Part shown: positions 17,382 to 28,600 of the stretch, piece after piece | Layout of the letters: each line of letters begins with the position of its first letter | How positions within the stretch are numbered: the stretch's first letter is position 1 | Sequence record: NC_004629.1 | Strand: one strand, 5' to 3' | Length of the DNA: 64,000 nucleotides | Position numbers and translations under genes: made by a program | Notes under the pieces: generated by a model | What the model was told of the DNA's origin: nothing | Databases searched by the model: none | What the model saw: only the letters and a program-made list of their open reading frames with translations

Positions 17382-17983
17382 TGAATAATCCGTTATCACT
17401 CCAAGAACTATCTTTAGCTACTGCGCCTACTGAAGATAAAGTAAAAGTACTATTAATGTTTAACCGTACTTCTGAGGTATTCCTACAAAGCGTAGGCTAT
17501 CTACCTTTAGATGCATTCGATGCTAAGTCACGTGAGCACACCATTTTTGTTGAAGCAGAAATGGGTACTTATGATGTAGTCGTAAGTAATACACCTGGTA
17601 AACAACCTACACTTTCTGATTGGAAGATTGTTCCTAAAGAAGAAGCGCCACAAGTGATTACTGAAGATCACTTAAATAGTAAAGTGGCCTACAAAATTAC
17701 TGAACGCTATCCAGTGACTGAGCAAATTAATATCCTTGCACGTGCAATTAAACAGCTAGCTGAAAAATATGGTCAAGAGTTAGATGAACTAGAAGAAATG
17801 CTTGATTATATTGATCTTGTTAAACGAACTAATCGCGCGCATAAGGAGGCCCTAATTGAGAGCCCAGACGTTATCTATAAATCCAGGGAAGATCTCGACG
17901 CTGAGAAAGCACATCGATATGCAGGTGGCCTGCATGAGCTTATCGGCCCACGAAAGATCGACCAAGGACGTGTTTTCAGCTGA
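17381..17983 (+). CDS. Hypothetical protein, about 200 aa, possible tail-fiber assembly factor
   Basis: Start moved from 17345 to the ATG at 17381, which forms a TAATG overlap. The chaperone role is inferred from position only. Confidence 0.6.
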   Translation: MNNPLSLQELSLATAPTEDKVKVLLMFNRTSEVFLQSVGYLPLDAFDAKSREHTIFVEAEMGTYDVVVSNTPGKQPTLSDWKIVPKEEAPQVITEDHLNSKVAYKITERYPVTEQINILARAIKQLAEKYGQELDELEEMLDYIDLVKRTNRAHKEALIESPDVIYKSREDLDAEKAHRYAGGLHELIGPRKIDQGRVFS

Positions 17984-18416
17984 ATTTGCAGCTGACCTTG
18001 TATCTTATCTGGATACACTAGGAGATTCCTGGTGGTTTAATCGGAAAAAAATTAATAGTATCCCAACTAAAGGTATCACTGAATGTGATTATTGGTTTTT
18101 AGGTCATAACCAAATGCCAATGGAATTACGGGAATTACTATTTCATATTGCACCTAAGGTAGAAGGTGCTTGGTTAGGCGAAGTTCTAATCAACCGATAT
18201 GAAATTGGTACAGGTATGCCTGAACACATCGACCAAGCTGTTTATCGTTACAACATGGTTATTGCATTAAATGACAATGGCGATGGTATAACGATCAATG
18301 GTGAGTTTTATCAGGATGTACCAGGTAGGGCTACTATTTTTCCAATCCGTTCAGAGCCACATGAAGTCCCTCCAGTTAAAAATAAAAGATACGTCCTTAT
18401 ATATCTCTACGAGTAG
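17934..18416 (+). CDS. 2OG-Fe(II) dioxygenase-like protein (AlkB/prolyl-hydroxylase fold), about 160 aa
   Basis: LINRYEIGTGMPEHID carries the HxD motif, EPHEV the distal His, and KRY a candidate 2OG-binding Arg. Start set at ATG 17934 after an AGGTGG RBS. Confidence 0.7.
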   Translation: MSLSAHERSTKDVFSAEFAADLVSYLDTLGDSWWFNRKKINSIPTKGITECDYWFLGHNQMPMELRELLFHIAPKVEGAWLGEVLINRYEIGTGMPEHIDQAVYRYNMVIALNDNGDGITINGEFYQDVPGRATIFPIRSEPHEVPPVKNKRYVLIYLYE

Positions 18417-18424
18417 GGTACAAC

Positions 18425-18913
18425 ATGGCAATTAAACTTAAGACTCTATCTAAGACAGAACTAAAAACATTAACAAAGCTTAAAGGTGAAGTTTCATTTA
18501 GAGACTCATATGGCCACCGTATGCGAGTTGGCACTAATGGCCTTAAAGCATGTAGTGTTTATAATACTTCAAAATGGTTTAATTGGACTGCTAAACAGCG
18601 TAAAGAAATTAAACCAATTTTAGGCGAAGAACTATTTAACAAAGCACTGCAAGTATGGTTTTTAGATTTCCCCAAAATAGATGGATTTCTAGATGAGATG
18701 AATTATTGGGTAGATAAACCCGAGTCCGGTACTATTCTTGCTTGGAATATTGGACCTGATGCTAAGTTCATTTTAGATGGTGAGGAACTATTAATTGGAA
18801 AAGGTGAAGGATTAGTATTCCATCTATCCCAATTACATGAAGTAAAACGCTCCCATAATGGACAATCATGGATCTGTGTAATGGTACGTGGTGCTCCTGA
18901 AAAATTTGCTTAA
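18425..18913 (+). CDS. Degenerate 2OG-Fe(II) oxygenase/cupin-fold paralog, 162 aa
   Basis: GEGLVFHLSQLHEV aligns with GRATIFPIRSEPHEV of the upstream gene, but there is no HxD. Confidence 0.55.
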   Translation: MAIKLKTLSKTELKTLTKLKGEVSFRDSYGHRMRVGTNGLKACSVYNTSKWFNWTAKQRKEIKPILGEELFNKALQVWFLDFPKIDGFLDEMNYWVDKPESGTILAWNIGPDAKFILDGEELLIGKGEGLVFHLSQLHEVKRSHNGQSWICVMVRGAPEKFA

Positions 18914-18922
18914 CAGCATAAA

Positions 18923-18942
18923 TCCCCTCCATATGGAGGGGA
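18923..18942 (+). terminator. Hairpin terminator-like
   Basis: TCCCCTCC-atat-GGAGGGGA preceded by ACAGCATAA; no T-tract. Confidence 0.65.
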
Positions 18943-18978
18943 ACTCTTACAAATTTACTCAATAGTACAGTGTACTAA

Positions 18979-19905
<927 letters not shown>

Positions 19906-19907
19906 AT

Positions 19908-20471
19908 ATGCTTAAGCTTCCAGCGAGTGATGAGCCATTTCGGGTACTAGCATTAGACCCTGGTTCACAAAACCTCGGCATAGCTATTCTGGAAGATAAG
20001 TTGGATGGAAGTAATAAGGTGGTACGTAATGCATTTACCTGCCACCTTAAAGATACAAATCCGGCATATGCTGCCATCTCCGAGGTTCATGGTAGTAGAT
20101 TTACTAGAATGCAGCAAATGAGTGATGTGGTACTAAATATACTACATACTGAAAAACCACATGCAGTTATTGTAGAGTCTAACTATCTTGGTAAGTTTGC
20201 CCAAAGCTTCGCTGTACTTGTAGAATGTGTGACCTATGTACATAGAGCATTATACGAGTATGATAGATTTATACCTTTATACATGATTGATCCTACTACA
20301 GTTAAAATCAATGCGGGTATGAAAAAAGTAAAGGGTACTACTAAAGATGATGTTAAAGAAGCAATGCGTTCTCGTACTGACATCACATGGAACATCGATA
20401 TAGATAGTCTAGATGACCACTCTATGGATGCTTGTGCGATAGCTTACTACTACCTTACTAGGATTGTTTAA
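19908..20471 (+). CDS. ruvC: RuvC-like Holliday junction resolvase
   Basis: RVLALDPGS..LG, VIVES and HSMDACAIA give the RuvC acidic active-site pattern. Confidence 0.8.
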   Translation: MLKLPASDEPFRVLALDPGSQNLGIAILEDKLDGSNKVVRNAFTCHLKDTNPAYAAISEVHGSRFTRMQQMSDVVLNILHTEKPHAVIVESNYLGKFAQSFAVLVECVTYVHRALYEYDRFIPLYMIDPTTVKINAGMKKVKGTTKDDVKEAMRSRTDITWNIDIDSLDDHSMDACAIAYYYLTRIV

Positions 20472-20486
20472 CAATTCGAGGTAACA

Positions 20487-20993
20487 ATGTTCCTATTAGC
20501 AGGTATACGAAAAATAATTGGTAGCGTGCCATTGCATATATGGTTACTATTAGTTATTCTGATAGGTGCCTTAATTGGTATCATATATTACAAAAATAGT
20601 TATGAGACGGAACTTGTTCGCTCTACAGATTTAATTGGAAAAATTAAATCTTATGAAGCGGCAGAAAAGGTTAGGATTGAATCAGATCGTATCTCCGATA
20701 AAATTCAAGCTGAACTAATTACTAAAAAGAAAGAGATACAAAAAGAGCAGGCGCAATCACGCACTGAGGTGATTGATGAGTACATTAGTTTATCAGGTCG
20801 TGGATATACTCCACCTGTATGGCCTGAGGTTAAAGCTAAAACAACTAATGGGGAAAGCACCACTACTGAGATTAAACATGAAACTGACACAAAAAAAGAT
20901 AACATTAATAAGTCTATTAATGCTATTGCTAAACGGATGTACGAGCACTACTGTGCCGCCTCCCGTGAAAATACCAGTTGCAATCCCAAGTAG
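20487..20993 (+). CDS. Candidate inner-membrane spanin (Rz-like), 168 aa
   Basis: N-terminal TM segment (IWLLLVILIGALIGIIYY), helical periplasmic region and C-terminal cysteines; overlaps a lipoprotein gene. Confidence 0.65.
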   Translation: MFLLAGIRKIIGSVPLHIWLLLVILIGALIGIIYYKNSYETELVRSTDLIGKIKSYEAAEKVRIESDRISDKIQAELITKKKEIQKEQAQSRTEVIDEYISLSGRGYTPPVWPEVKAKTTNGESTTTEIKHETDTKKDNINKSINAIAKRMYEHYCAASRENTSCNPK

Positions 20994-21240
20994 TTTACTT
21001 CTCCCTTGCGATGTGGAAGCCCCACCTACAGCTAATGAGATCATCAATGCATTAGATAGATATAAAGCTGTTGGGGTTACTGATGAGAATGAAGCACGTT
21101 TCTTACTTATGACCGAACATTGGCTTTTACAAACTGATGCACTTGGACTATGTAATATCCAAGTAGACAAATTGCGTGAATGGAACGAACGTCAACGTAA
21201 TTTGGAGAATAGTCATGACCCTAGAGGACGTTCTGATTGA
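20878..21240 (+). CDS. Candidate outer-membrane spanin lipoprotein (Rz1-like), about 120 aa
   Basis: Signal peptide MKLTQKKITLISLLMLLLNG-C with lipobox, Pro-rich mature N-terminus (TVPPPVKIP), extra Cys. Overlaps the 3' end of the i-spanin in another frame. The ATG at 20848 is an alternative start. Confidence 0.7.
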   Translation: MKLTQKKITLISLLMLLLNGCTSTTVPPPVKIPVAIPSSLLLPCDVEAPPTANEIINALDRYKAVGVTDENEARFLLMTEHWLLQTDALGLCNIQVDKLREWNERQRNLENSHDPRGRSD

Positions 21241-21610
21241 GATCGATGGTAATCCTTTATCTTCTTCTAAAGACTATGGAAAGAAGATACGTACCTATTT
21301 GAATAGTGTATTGGAAAAGGAACAACGTATAAATCTAAGTATAACTGGTGAGGAAGTACTTAGTCTAATTTATGCTATTACCGATTCAGATCTTCAATAT
21401 AAAATTCTCAGCCGGGAAATTGCTGAAGTGAAGGCTAAAGATTCTTACCGTAATGCGGTATTGGTATTAGCTGGTGGCGTTACTCTTATTGGGGCATCAG
21501 TATCTACTATGGTAGTTTTATCTGGTGCACCTATGTCAGAAGAAAGTGCCAATGTGTTAAAGACTATTGTGCAAGGTACCTTTGAATTAATAAAGATGCT
21601 TATGCAATAA
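21215..21610 (+). CDS. Membrane protein, holin candidate, about 131 aa
   Basis: Start at ATG 21215 after a GGAG RBS. C-terminal hydrophobic segments; lies between the spanins and the endolysin. Confidence 0.4.
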   Translation: MTLEDVLIEIDGNPLSSSKDYGKKIRTYLNSVLEKEQRINLSITGEEVLSLIYAITDSDLQYKILSREIAEVKAKDSYRNAVLVLAGGVTLIGASVSTMVVLSGAPMSEESANVLKTIVQGTFELIKMLMQ

Positions 21611-21620
21611 AAACTATAAT

Positions 21621-21645
21621 AGCCTTCCTCTTCAAGAGGAAGGCT
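21621..21645 (+). terminator. Hairpin terminator-like
   Basis: AGCCTTCCTCT-tca-AGAGGAAGGCT. Confidence 0.75.
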
Positions 21646-21692
21646 TTATAATGCTATGTGGATTAAACATTTTACCACTATAGAGGTTTGAC

Positions 21693-22226
21693 ATGCAGGA
21701 TATCTTTCCGTATGACATGGCATCGAGGAATGCGCTAGTAAAACTTGCGCGGGATGATTTAAAAATAAACTTCAAACCAGAAACAGTTACATTTGAAGAT
21801 ATGTTTTTTAGTCCAACCACGATTGAGCCTGGACGTACATTTATTGAAATGATCGACATCACTACTGACATTAAGTACATGTTAACTTACCGTCGGTTAG
21901 ATTTTGCTGATCCACGTGCTATTGGTGAAGGATCTATCCTTAAGATAGTTGGTACTTTAACACCTAAAGCAATTGCTGAAGAAATTAACCGTTCACGAGG
22001 TTGGAAGCTTGGTCCAGATGATGTTTCATTTGATACAACACCAATCAATGCAACTACGGATGTTGTTCCATACACGATAGTAGCTATGTCGAGTAGCTAT
22101 GCTTACTATGGTGAATGTAATATACTAATCCAACGTATTGATGATACGTCAGATACTATCCGACTATTAGAGAATGGTGCAGCACGTTATCTAGAAAATG
22201 GTCAAATCCGTTATCTAGAAAGTTAA
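21693..22226 (+). CDS. Virion structural protein, 177 aa
   Basis: TYRRLDF family motif; C-terminal RLLENG..RYLENG..RYLES repeat. Confidence 0.7.
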   Translation: MQDIFPYDMASRNALVKLARDDLKINFKPETVTFEDMFFSPTTIEPGRTFIEMIDITTDIKYMLTYRRLDFADPRAIGEGSILKIVGTLTPKAIAEEINRSRGWKLGPDDVSFDTTPINATTDVVPYTIVAMSSSYAYYGECNILIQRIDDTSDTIRLLENGAARYLENGQIRYLES

Positions 22227-22248
22227 GTAATACCCTCAATGAACCTAA

Positions 22249-23070
<822 letters not shown>

Positions 23071-23153
23071 GATGTAGCAATAGAATGGAGTCTATGGTAT
23101 CATGTGAAACTTCCCCTCATGATAAACCACATCTTGTGCCAATGTAACTTTTT

Positions 23154-23173
23154 GAGAGTCCTTCGGGACTCTC
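23154..23173 (+). terminator. UUCG-loop hairpin
   Basis: GAGAGTCC-TTCG-GGACTCTC followed by TTATG. Confidence 0.7.
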
Positions 23174-23275
23174 TTATGTTGTTAAAATATTACTCATTAG
23201 CAATAGTACATTACTGTATGAGTCTTCTTCGAAAGACTAACATGTTAGTGTTTCTTATACAGCAAGGAAATAAAA

Positions 23276-25645
23276 ATGGCAAATGTTACAGACAAAGGCA
23301 AGATCAGTCAACTGCCGGATCTAGCTACTCTTAACGATAGCGAGTATATTGAATTAATTCATACCGATGCAGCTGGTCAAGTCGATAACTATAAGTTTCC
23401 GCTGTCAAAACTACAGACTGGGGCACCCGGTCTTAGTGCGTACGAGATTGCCGTTAAAAATGGTTTCCAGGGAACTGAAACCGAATGGCTTGATTCGCTT
23501 AAAGGTAAATCTTCTTATCAAATCGCAGTCGATCTAGGTTTCGTTGGTACTGAAGAAGAGTTTATAGCATCCCTTAAAGGTGATGCTGGTAAGAGTGCAT
23601 ATGAAGTAGCTGTGGAAAACGGTTTCCAAGGTACTGAACAGGAATGGTTAACATCACTGCATGCAACCATGACTGCTGAACTACTCCAGTCGCTCTTAAA
23701 TCAACAAGGTTACACAGTTAAAGATGTACTGCGTGTAACTGGCAAGAATGGTGGATTATCATCCAACGCTGCTTTCCATAACTTTGCTTTCCTGTTTGAT
23801 AAGCGTCTAAATCAAGACGACTTAACTGCTGGTGATAAAATACCTCAGCGTATGATGGAACAAGGTCGTATGGAAGCAGAAGGTTATTCTTATCTAAAGA
23901 ACGCTTCTGCGCCCACTACGCAAGGTGCATTACCCGAATTACCTGAGTCTGAAATTCGTATTTATGACAATGGTGAATTCCAGATTGGTAGTTTAACTGA
24001 TTACATTGCATTCAAGAATGACGGTAATATCCGTATTGTTGAAGGCGTTGATGAAACGACCGTTGATCTTAAGAACCTTCCTAAAAATGAAGGTATTAGT
24101 GGCGGTGTATTCGTCAAAGATGTACAAGCAACTGACCCCAGTCAGAACGTAGGTAGTATTGTGCGTACCCCCGATGGGCACAGCGTACAGTCATGCCTAT
24201 CAACTACTAGTAATGTTCGAGTTATCGTTGATGCAATAACTGGACATTCTAGTTATGTACCTAGTGTTAAAATCAATAACATAGATGCAGTTGTAACTCC
24301 TGGCGTTAATCCACCTATGTGGATTGCTACTGCCGATATTGATCTTGGTGCACCCACTACTGAAGGTTATGCTGATATTGTTGTAGAACACGCCGATGGG
24401 GCTAAATTCACTACTAAGGTATTAGCCGATACTCCCGCTAATATTACTAGTGCTGTATTTACTGGCGGTTATCCGTTAGGTCAAACAGAACTTAAAGAAG
24501 ATGACCTTGTTGCAATTAAAGTAGTTACTGATGAAAATATAGTAGCATACGAAATTGCTGACTTTGGTGCACTGAAAGAAAGTAGTGGTACTGTTGCACC
24601 TACTAAAGAACTAGAGGTTACTGGTCTTTACGTAGCTGACCGTGGTAATACTACTAAGGCATATGGTTTCCGTGTACGTGTTCAGAAATCCACTGGTTCA
24701 TGGTCAGAATGGTTTACTTCCAGTGATGCTGGTTCCGAAGATAAAATTAACACCATGCAGTTAAACGATCTTCGCCCAGTTGTTAATATTGGTCAAGTAA
24801 CTTATCCGTCTGGTCAAAGTGCTATTAAAGTAGGTGAAACTGCTACTGTAGCCAATACAGTATCTAATGCTGATAGTGTGGTTTATTCCTCACCAAATGA
24901 TCAGCTCACTATAATCAGTGCAAATGAAGCAGAAATTGCTAAGGTAGTTACTTATAAGTCTGGTACTTATAACGACAGCACTAATAACCTATTAATTACT
25001 GCTAAACGTGCAGCTAATGGTAGTGTAGCTACGGCTACTGCTGTTGTAGCTATTGCAAATGCGGTACCTACTGCGACGGTTACCTACCCTGCTGCTCGCC
25101 TTCGTTCAGGTGGTAACTTTGGAACCCAAGTACAAAGTCATGTCATTACTTTAACCTCTACTCAGAAACTAAGTGCAGCTCCGGCCATGAATGCGCCTGG
25201 CGGTAAGTGGGCTACTGAGGATTGGAAATCTGATGCCACTGGTAAGGTATGGACACGTGCATTACTAGTACATGACGATGATCCTAAAGGAACCTACGAT
25301 TTTAACAGTGTGGTTCTAAAAGGTTTAGCTGGTGTTGAAGCTAATAGTGTAAATGGTGGTACTTACGTACTAGGTGGATTTGTATTCCGCACTCTAAGTG
25401 TGGCTGCTTGGCCGAACCGTGAAACTGATATTGGTACTGAAGTAACCAATACTGGTAAACTACGTTGCAGTAACCTATCTAAAGGTTCTACTGGTAGCTT
25501 AAACTTCACTTATAAGGCGGACGATGCAAATCAAGTTGACACCTACACCATCAAGGATGGCAATAAGTGGTATAACTGTGACTCAGCAAACGCTGTATCC
25601 AACACCACTGGACTGATGAAAATCGAACTTGAGGAAGTAGTATAA
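23276..25645 (+). CDS. Tail fiber/virion appendage protein, 789 aa (gp145-like)
   Basis: KISQLP N-terminal motif, three SAY.IAV.NGF.GTE.EWL.SL repeats, and a Thr/Val-rich beta-sandwich-like C-terminal half. Confidence 0.7.
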   Translation: MANVTDKGKISQLPDLATLNDSEYIELIHTDAAGQVDNYKFPLSKLQTGAPGLSAYEIAVKNGFQGTETEWLDSLKGKSSYQIAVDLGFVGTEEEFIASLKGDAGKSAYEVAVENGFQGTEQEWLTSLHATMTAELLQSLLNQQGYTVKDVLRVTGKNGGLSSNAAFHNFAFLFDKRLNQDDLTAGDKIPQRMMEQGRMEAEGYSYLKNASAPTTQGALPELPESEIRIYDNGEFQIGSLTDYIAFKNDGNIRIVEGVDETTVDLKNLPKNEGISGGVFVKDVQATDPSQNVGSIVRTPDGHSVQSCLSTTSNVRVIVDAITGHSSYVPSVKINNIDAVVTPGVNPPMWIATADIDLGAPTTEGYADIVVEHADGAKFTTKVLADTPANITSAVFTGGYPLGQTELKEDDLVAIKVVTDENIVAYEIADFGALKESSGTVAPTKELEVTGLYVADRGNTTKAYGFRVRVQKSTGSWSEWFTSSDAGSEDKINTMQLNDLRPVVNIGQVTYPSGQSAIKVGETATVANTVSNADSVVYSSPNDQLTIISANEAEIAKVVTYKSGTYNDSTNNLLITAKRAANGSVATATAVVAIANAVPTATVTYPAARLRSGGNFGTQVQSHVITLTSTQKLSAAPAMNAPGGKWATEDWKSDATGKVWTRALLVHDDDPKGTYDFNSVVLKGLAGVEANSVNGGTYVLGGFVFRTLSVAAWPNRETDIGTEVTNTGKLRCSNLSKGSTGSLNFTYKADDANQVDTYTIKDGNKWYNCDSANAVSNTTGLMKIELEEVV

Positions 25646-28600
25646 TGGCTTCTGCATTTGAAGATTATGTAAACGGGGAACTCCCCAAACGGGTATCATC
25701 AATTGATGAACCCACTTCTGTAGTTAATGGACACATCCCGGTTTCTACCGGGGTGGGTCTTAATACCACTTTCGTTGATCCTGTTACTATACCTGGATTA
25801 AAGGGTGAAGATGGTCAGCCGGGTAAAGATGGTGATCAAGGTCCTCCTGGCCCAGTTGGTCCGGCTATTAACATTATCGCTAATGTTGATCTAGCCACAT
25901 TCGAACAAGAAATTAAACCATTAGATACGCATAATGTCGGTGATGCTTGGTTCGTTGAAGATCGGCTATGGGTATGGGAATCACCGCTAGGTAACGAAGA
26001 TCCCCCTGTAAAAGGTCGTTGGGTTGAAACAGGTTCACTTCGTGGTCCAGATGGTACTGGTCTAGTTATCCGTGGTCGTTGGCCTAATAACTTAGAATTA
26101 CCTAAGACTGAAAGTAATAAACCTGGAGATGCTTACTCATGGAATAATCAACTCTGGGCGTGGATGCTTATCTCAGGTAATAATCCGCCAGAGAATCCAA
26201 CTATTGATGACTATGATTGGTTCCCAGTTACACCACAGGGTGAACGTGGACCTGAGGGCCCTGAAGGTCCGCAAGGTAAAGATGGTGAAATTGGTCCTGA
26301 AGGTCCTCAGGGTGAACCAGCAATGCCGTTTACCATTAAGGATTCACTACCATCACCAGCTGATTTACCTGATCCATCTGTAGCTAAAGAATCAGAAGCA
26401 TACTTAGTTACTATGGAAGCTGGTAAACCAGAACATCTATTCATCTTTGTAAAAGGGGCATGGTCAGACCTAGGTACTTTCCAAGGCCCTGAGGGTCCAC
26501 AAGGTAAACCAGGTAATACAGGTGATCCGGGTCCCGATGGTAAACAAGGTGAACCTGGTCCACAAGGTCGTAACTTAGAAGTAGTTAAAGCAGTTGAAAC
26601 TGCTGATGATCTATTAACCACCACTGGTGTAGAACAATACCAAGGTGTTTCAGTACGTTCCACCAATACGGTTTATGTACTGACTGGTCAAGATCCGACT
26701 GTTGATATCTCATGGACAGCCATGGGTTCATTCCGTGGTCCGCAGGGCCCTGAAGGTCCGCAAGGTGAAGATGGCGAACAAGGTCTACCTGGTGAACCAG
26801 GGGCACAAGGTAAATCGGCTTTCCAAGTAGCATTGGACAATGGCTTCACTGGTACTGAGGGTGAATGGTTAATCAGTCTACATGGTAAGAACGTAGTTAT
26901 TACTGGTGCTGTTGCCAATGAGGCAGCCCTGCCGGCAGATGCTCCTGATCAGGCAGCGTACTTCACACAAGACACATCTACCTTATTTGTTAAGATAGAT
27001 GGTAATTGGGTAAATAGTGGTACACATCGAGGTCCTAAAGGTGAAGATGGCGCACCTGGTAAAGACGGTGATCAGGGACCAGAAGGCCCCGAGGGTCCAG
27101 AAGGCCCACAAGGTCCCGCTGGTGAACCTATCCAGATCATCGCAGCGATTGACACTCCTGAAGATACCCCACCAGAAGCACTTGCCGATAACCAATGGAA
27201 AGCATATACTGTTAAGTCCACGGGCGAAGTATTTGTTAACATGGACGGTAGTCGCTGGACTAGCGTTGGTATTATGGCAGGTCCGCAAGGTAAACCGGGT
27301 GAAGGTTTAAACATTAAAGGTGTTTTAACCGATGCTTCACAACTACCAAAGAAAGACACTGATCCTGACTTAGTAACTGGTGATTCATACTGGGTTGAAA
27401 CTAATGAAGGTACAATGCTCTATACTTACCAAGGTCAGGAAATTGATGGCTATATCGGCCCAATTAATCTAAATGGTGAGCAGGGTATCCAGGGTGTCGA
27501 AGGCCCACAAGACCCTGAGGGTAAACAAGGTGGTGGTCTATTAATTATCTATGTTGGTGATGATGCTGGTAAACCAGTAGCATCTACTGATAACGTAGGT
27601 AAAGGTATAGCTATCCATACTGGTACCGAAGGACAAGTAGAAGTATTCGTATGTATTGATACAGCCGGTACATTTACTTGGGAAAGTCTAGGTGTTTTAG
27701 CAATGGGTCCAGAAGGCCCACAAGGACCTGAAGGTAAACAAGGTGTTCAAGGTATACCTGGTAAAACCGGTCAGAAAGGCGAACGTGGATCTTCATGGGT
27801 TATTCTACCAGAAGGTCAAACTGCACCCACTTCTATCGATGGTAATCGTGGTGACTGGTGTATCGACAAAACTGGTACCGTTTGGTATAAAGATGCTAAC
27901 TGGGTTGTATTCTACAAATTAATGTCAGTTCCAGTTAGTGAAGTCGATCCAGAAGATGTCGATAAGAAAATGGTTCGGTACAAACTCGGTTGGACTGAAC
28001 TACCTGTTGATGAGGTGGTAGATGCTGAAGTAGGTGTCTTCTATGGTCGCCGTAAAGCAACCGCTGACGGGGCTGTTGAATGGACTGCTATTGAATTACC
28101 AACACCTGCCATTGATGCTGTACCTAGTCCAGTTGTTAATGCACAATACGTTCGTAAAGGTATTGCAGGTGGTAAAACTGAATGGGCTACCATTACATTC
28201 CCAGAAATTCCTTCAGATGTAGTACGCGATACTGCACAAGCTACTAAGCCTCAAGGTCGTGTAGCTGGTAACTGGGTTGATGTAGCACCTCTGCAAACCG
28301 ATGATACTCTAATGGGTATGCAAAATGGTGAATGGGTAGCTGTACCAGCCGCAGTTATTGGCGAAGTACCTAGTGAAGGCGCTAATGGCACTAACTATGT
28401 ACGTGAGAAAACAGCTAGTGGTTCTAAATGGACACCTGTAACTATTATAGTTGATCAAGCTGATGCTACTAGTGGACAACTATTCCTACGTAACGCTGCG
28501 GCTAAATCATGGACTCTATTCCAAGGTCCGAATAATGATGTAACCGCTGATGGTGATTGGGTACGTAGCCGTACTGGTACTAATATTACTTGGAAGAAGC

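Noticed and set aside
17345-17933. Programmed frameshift joining the 200-aa gene and the oxygenase gene
   Set aside because: No slippery heptamer was found, and the oxygenase has its own RBS and ATG at 17934.
23104-23334. 76-aa ORF before the 789-aa fiber gene
   Set aside because: No RBS, crosses hairpins and overlaps the true start in another frame.
26129-27359. Cluster of overlapping short ORFs, some with GPxGP repeats on the minus strand
   Set aside because: These are shadow frames produced by the GC-rich repetitive collagen codons.
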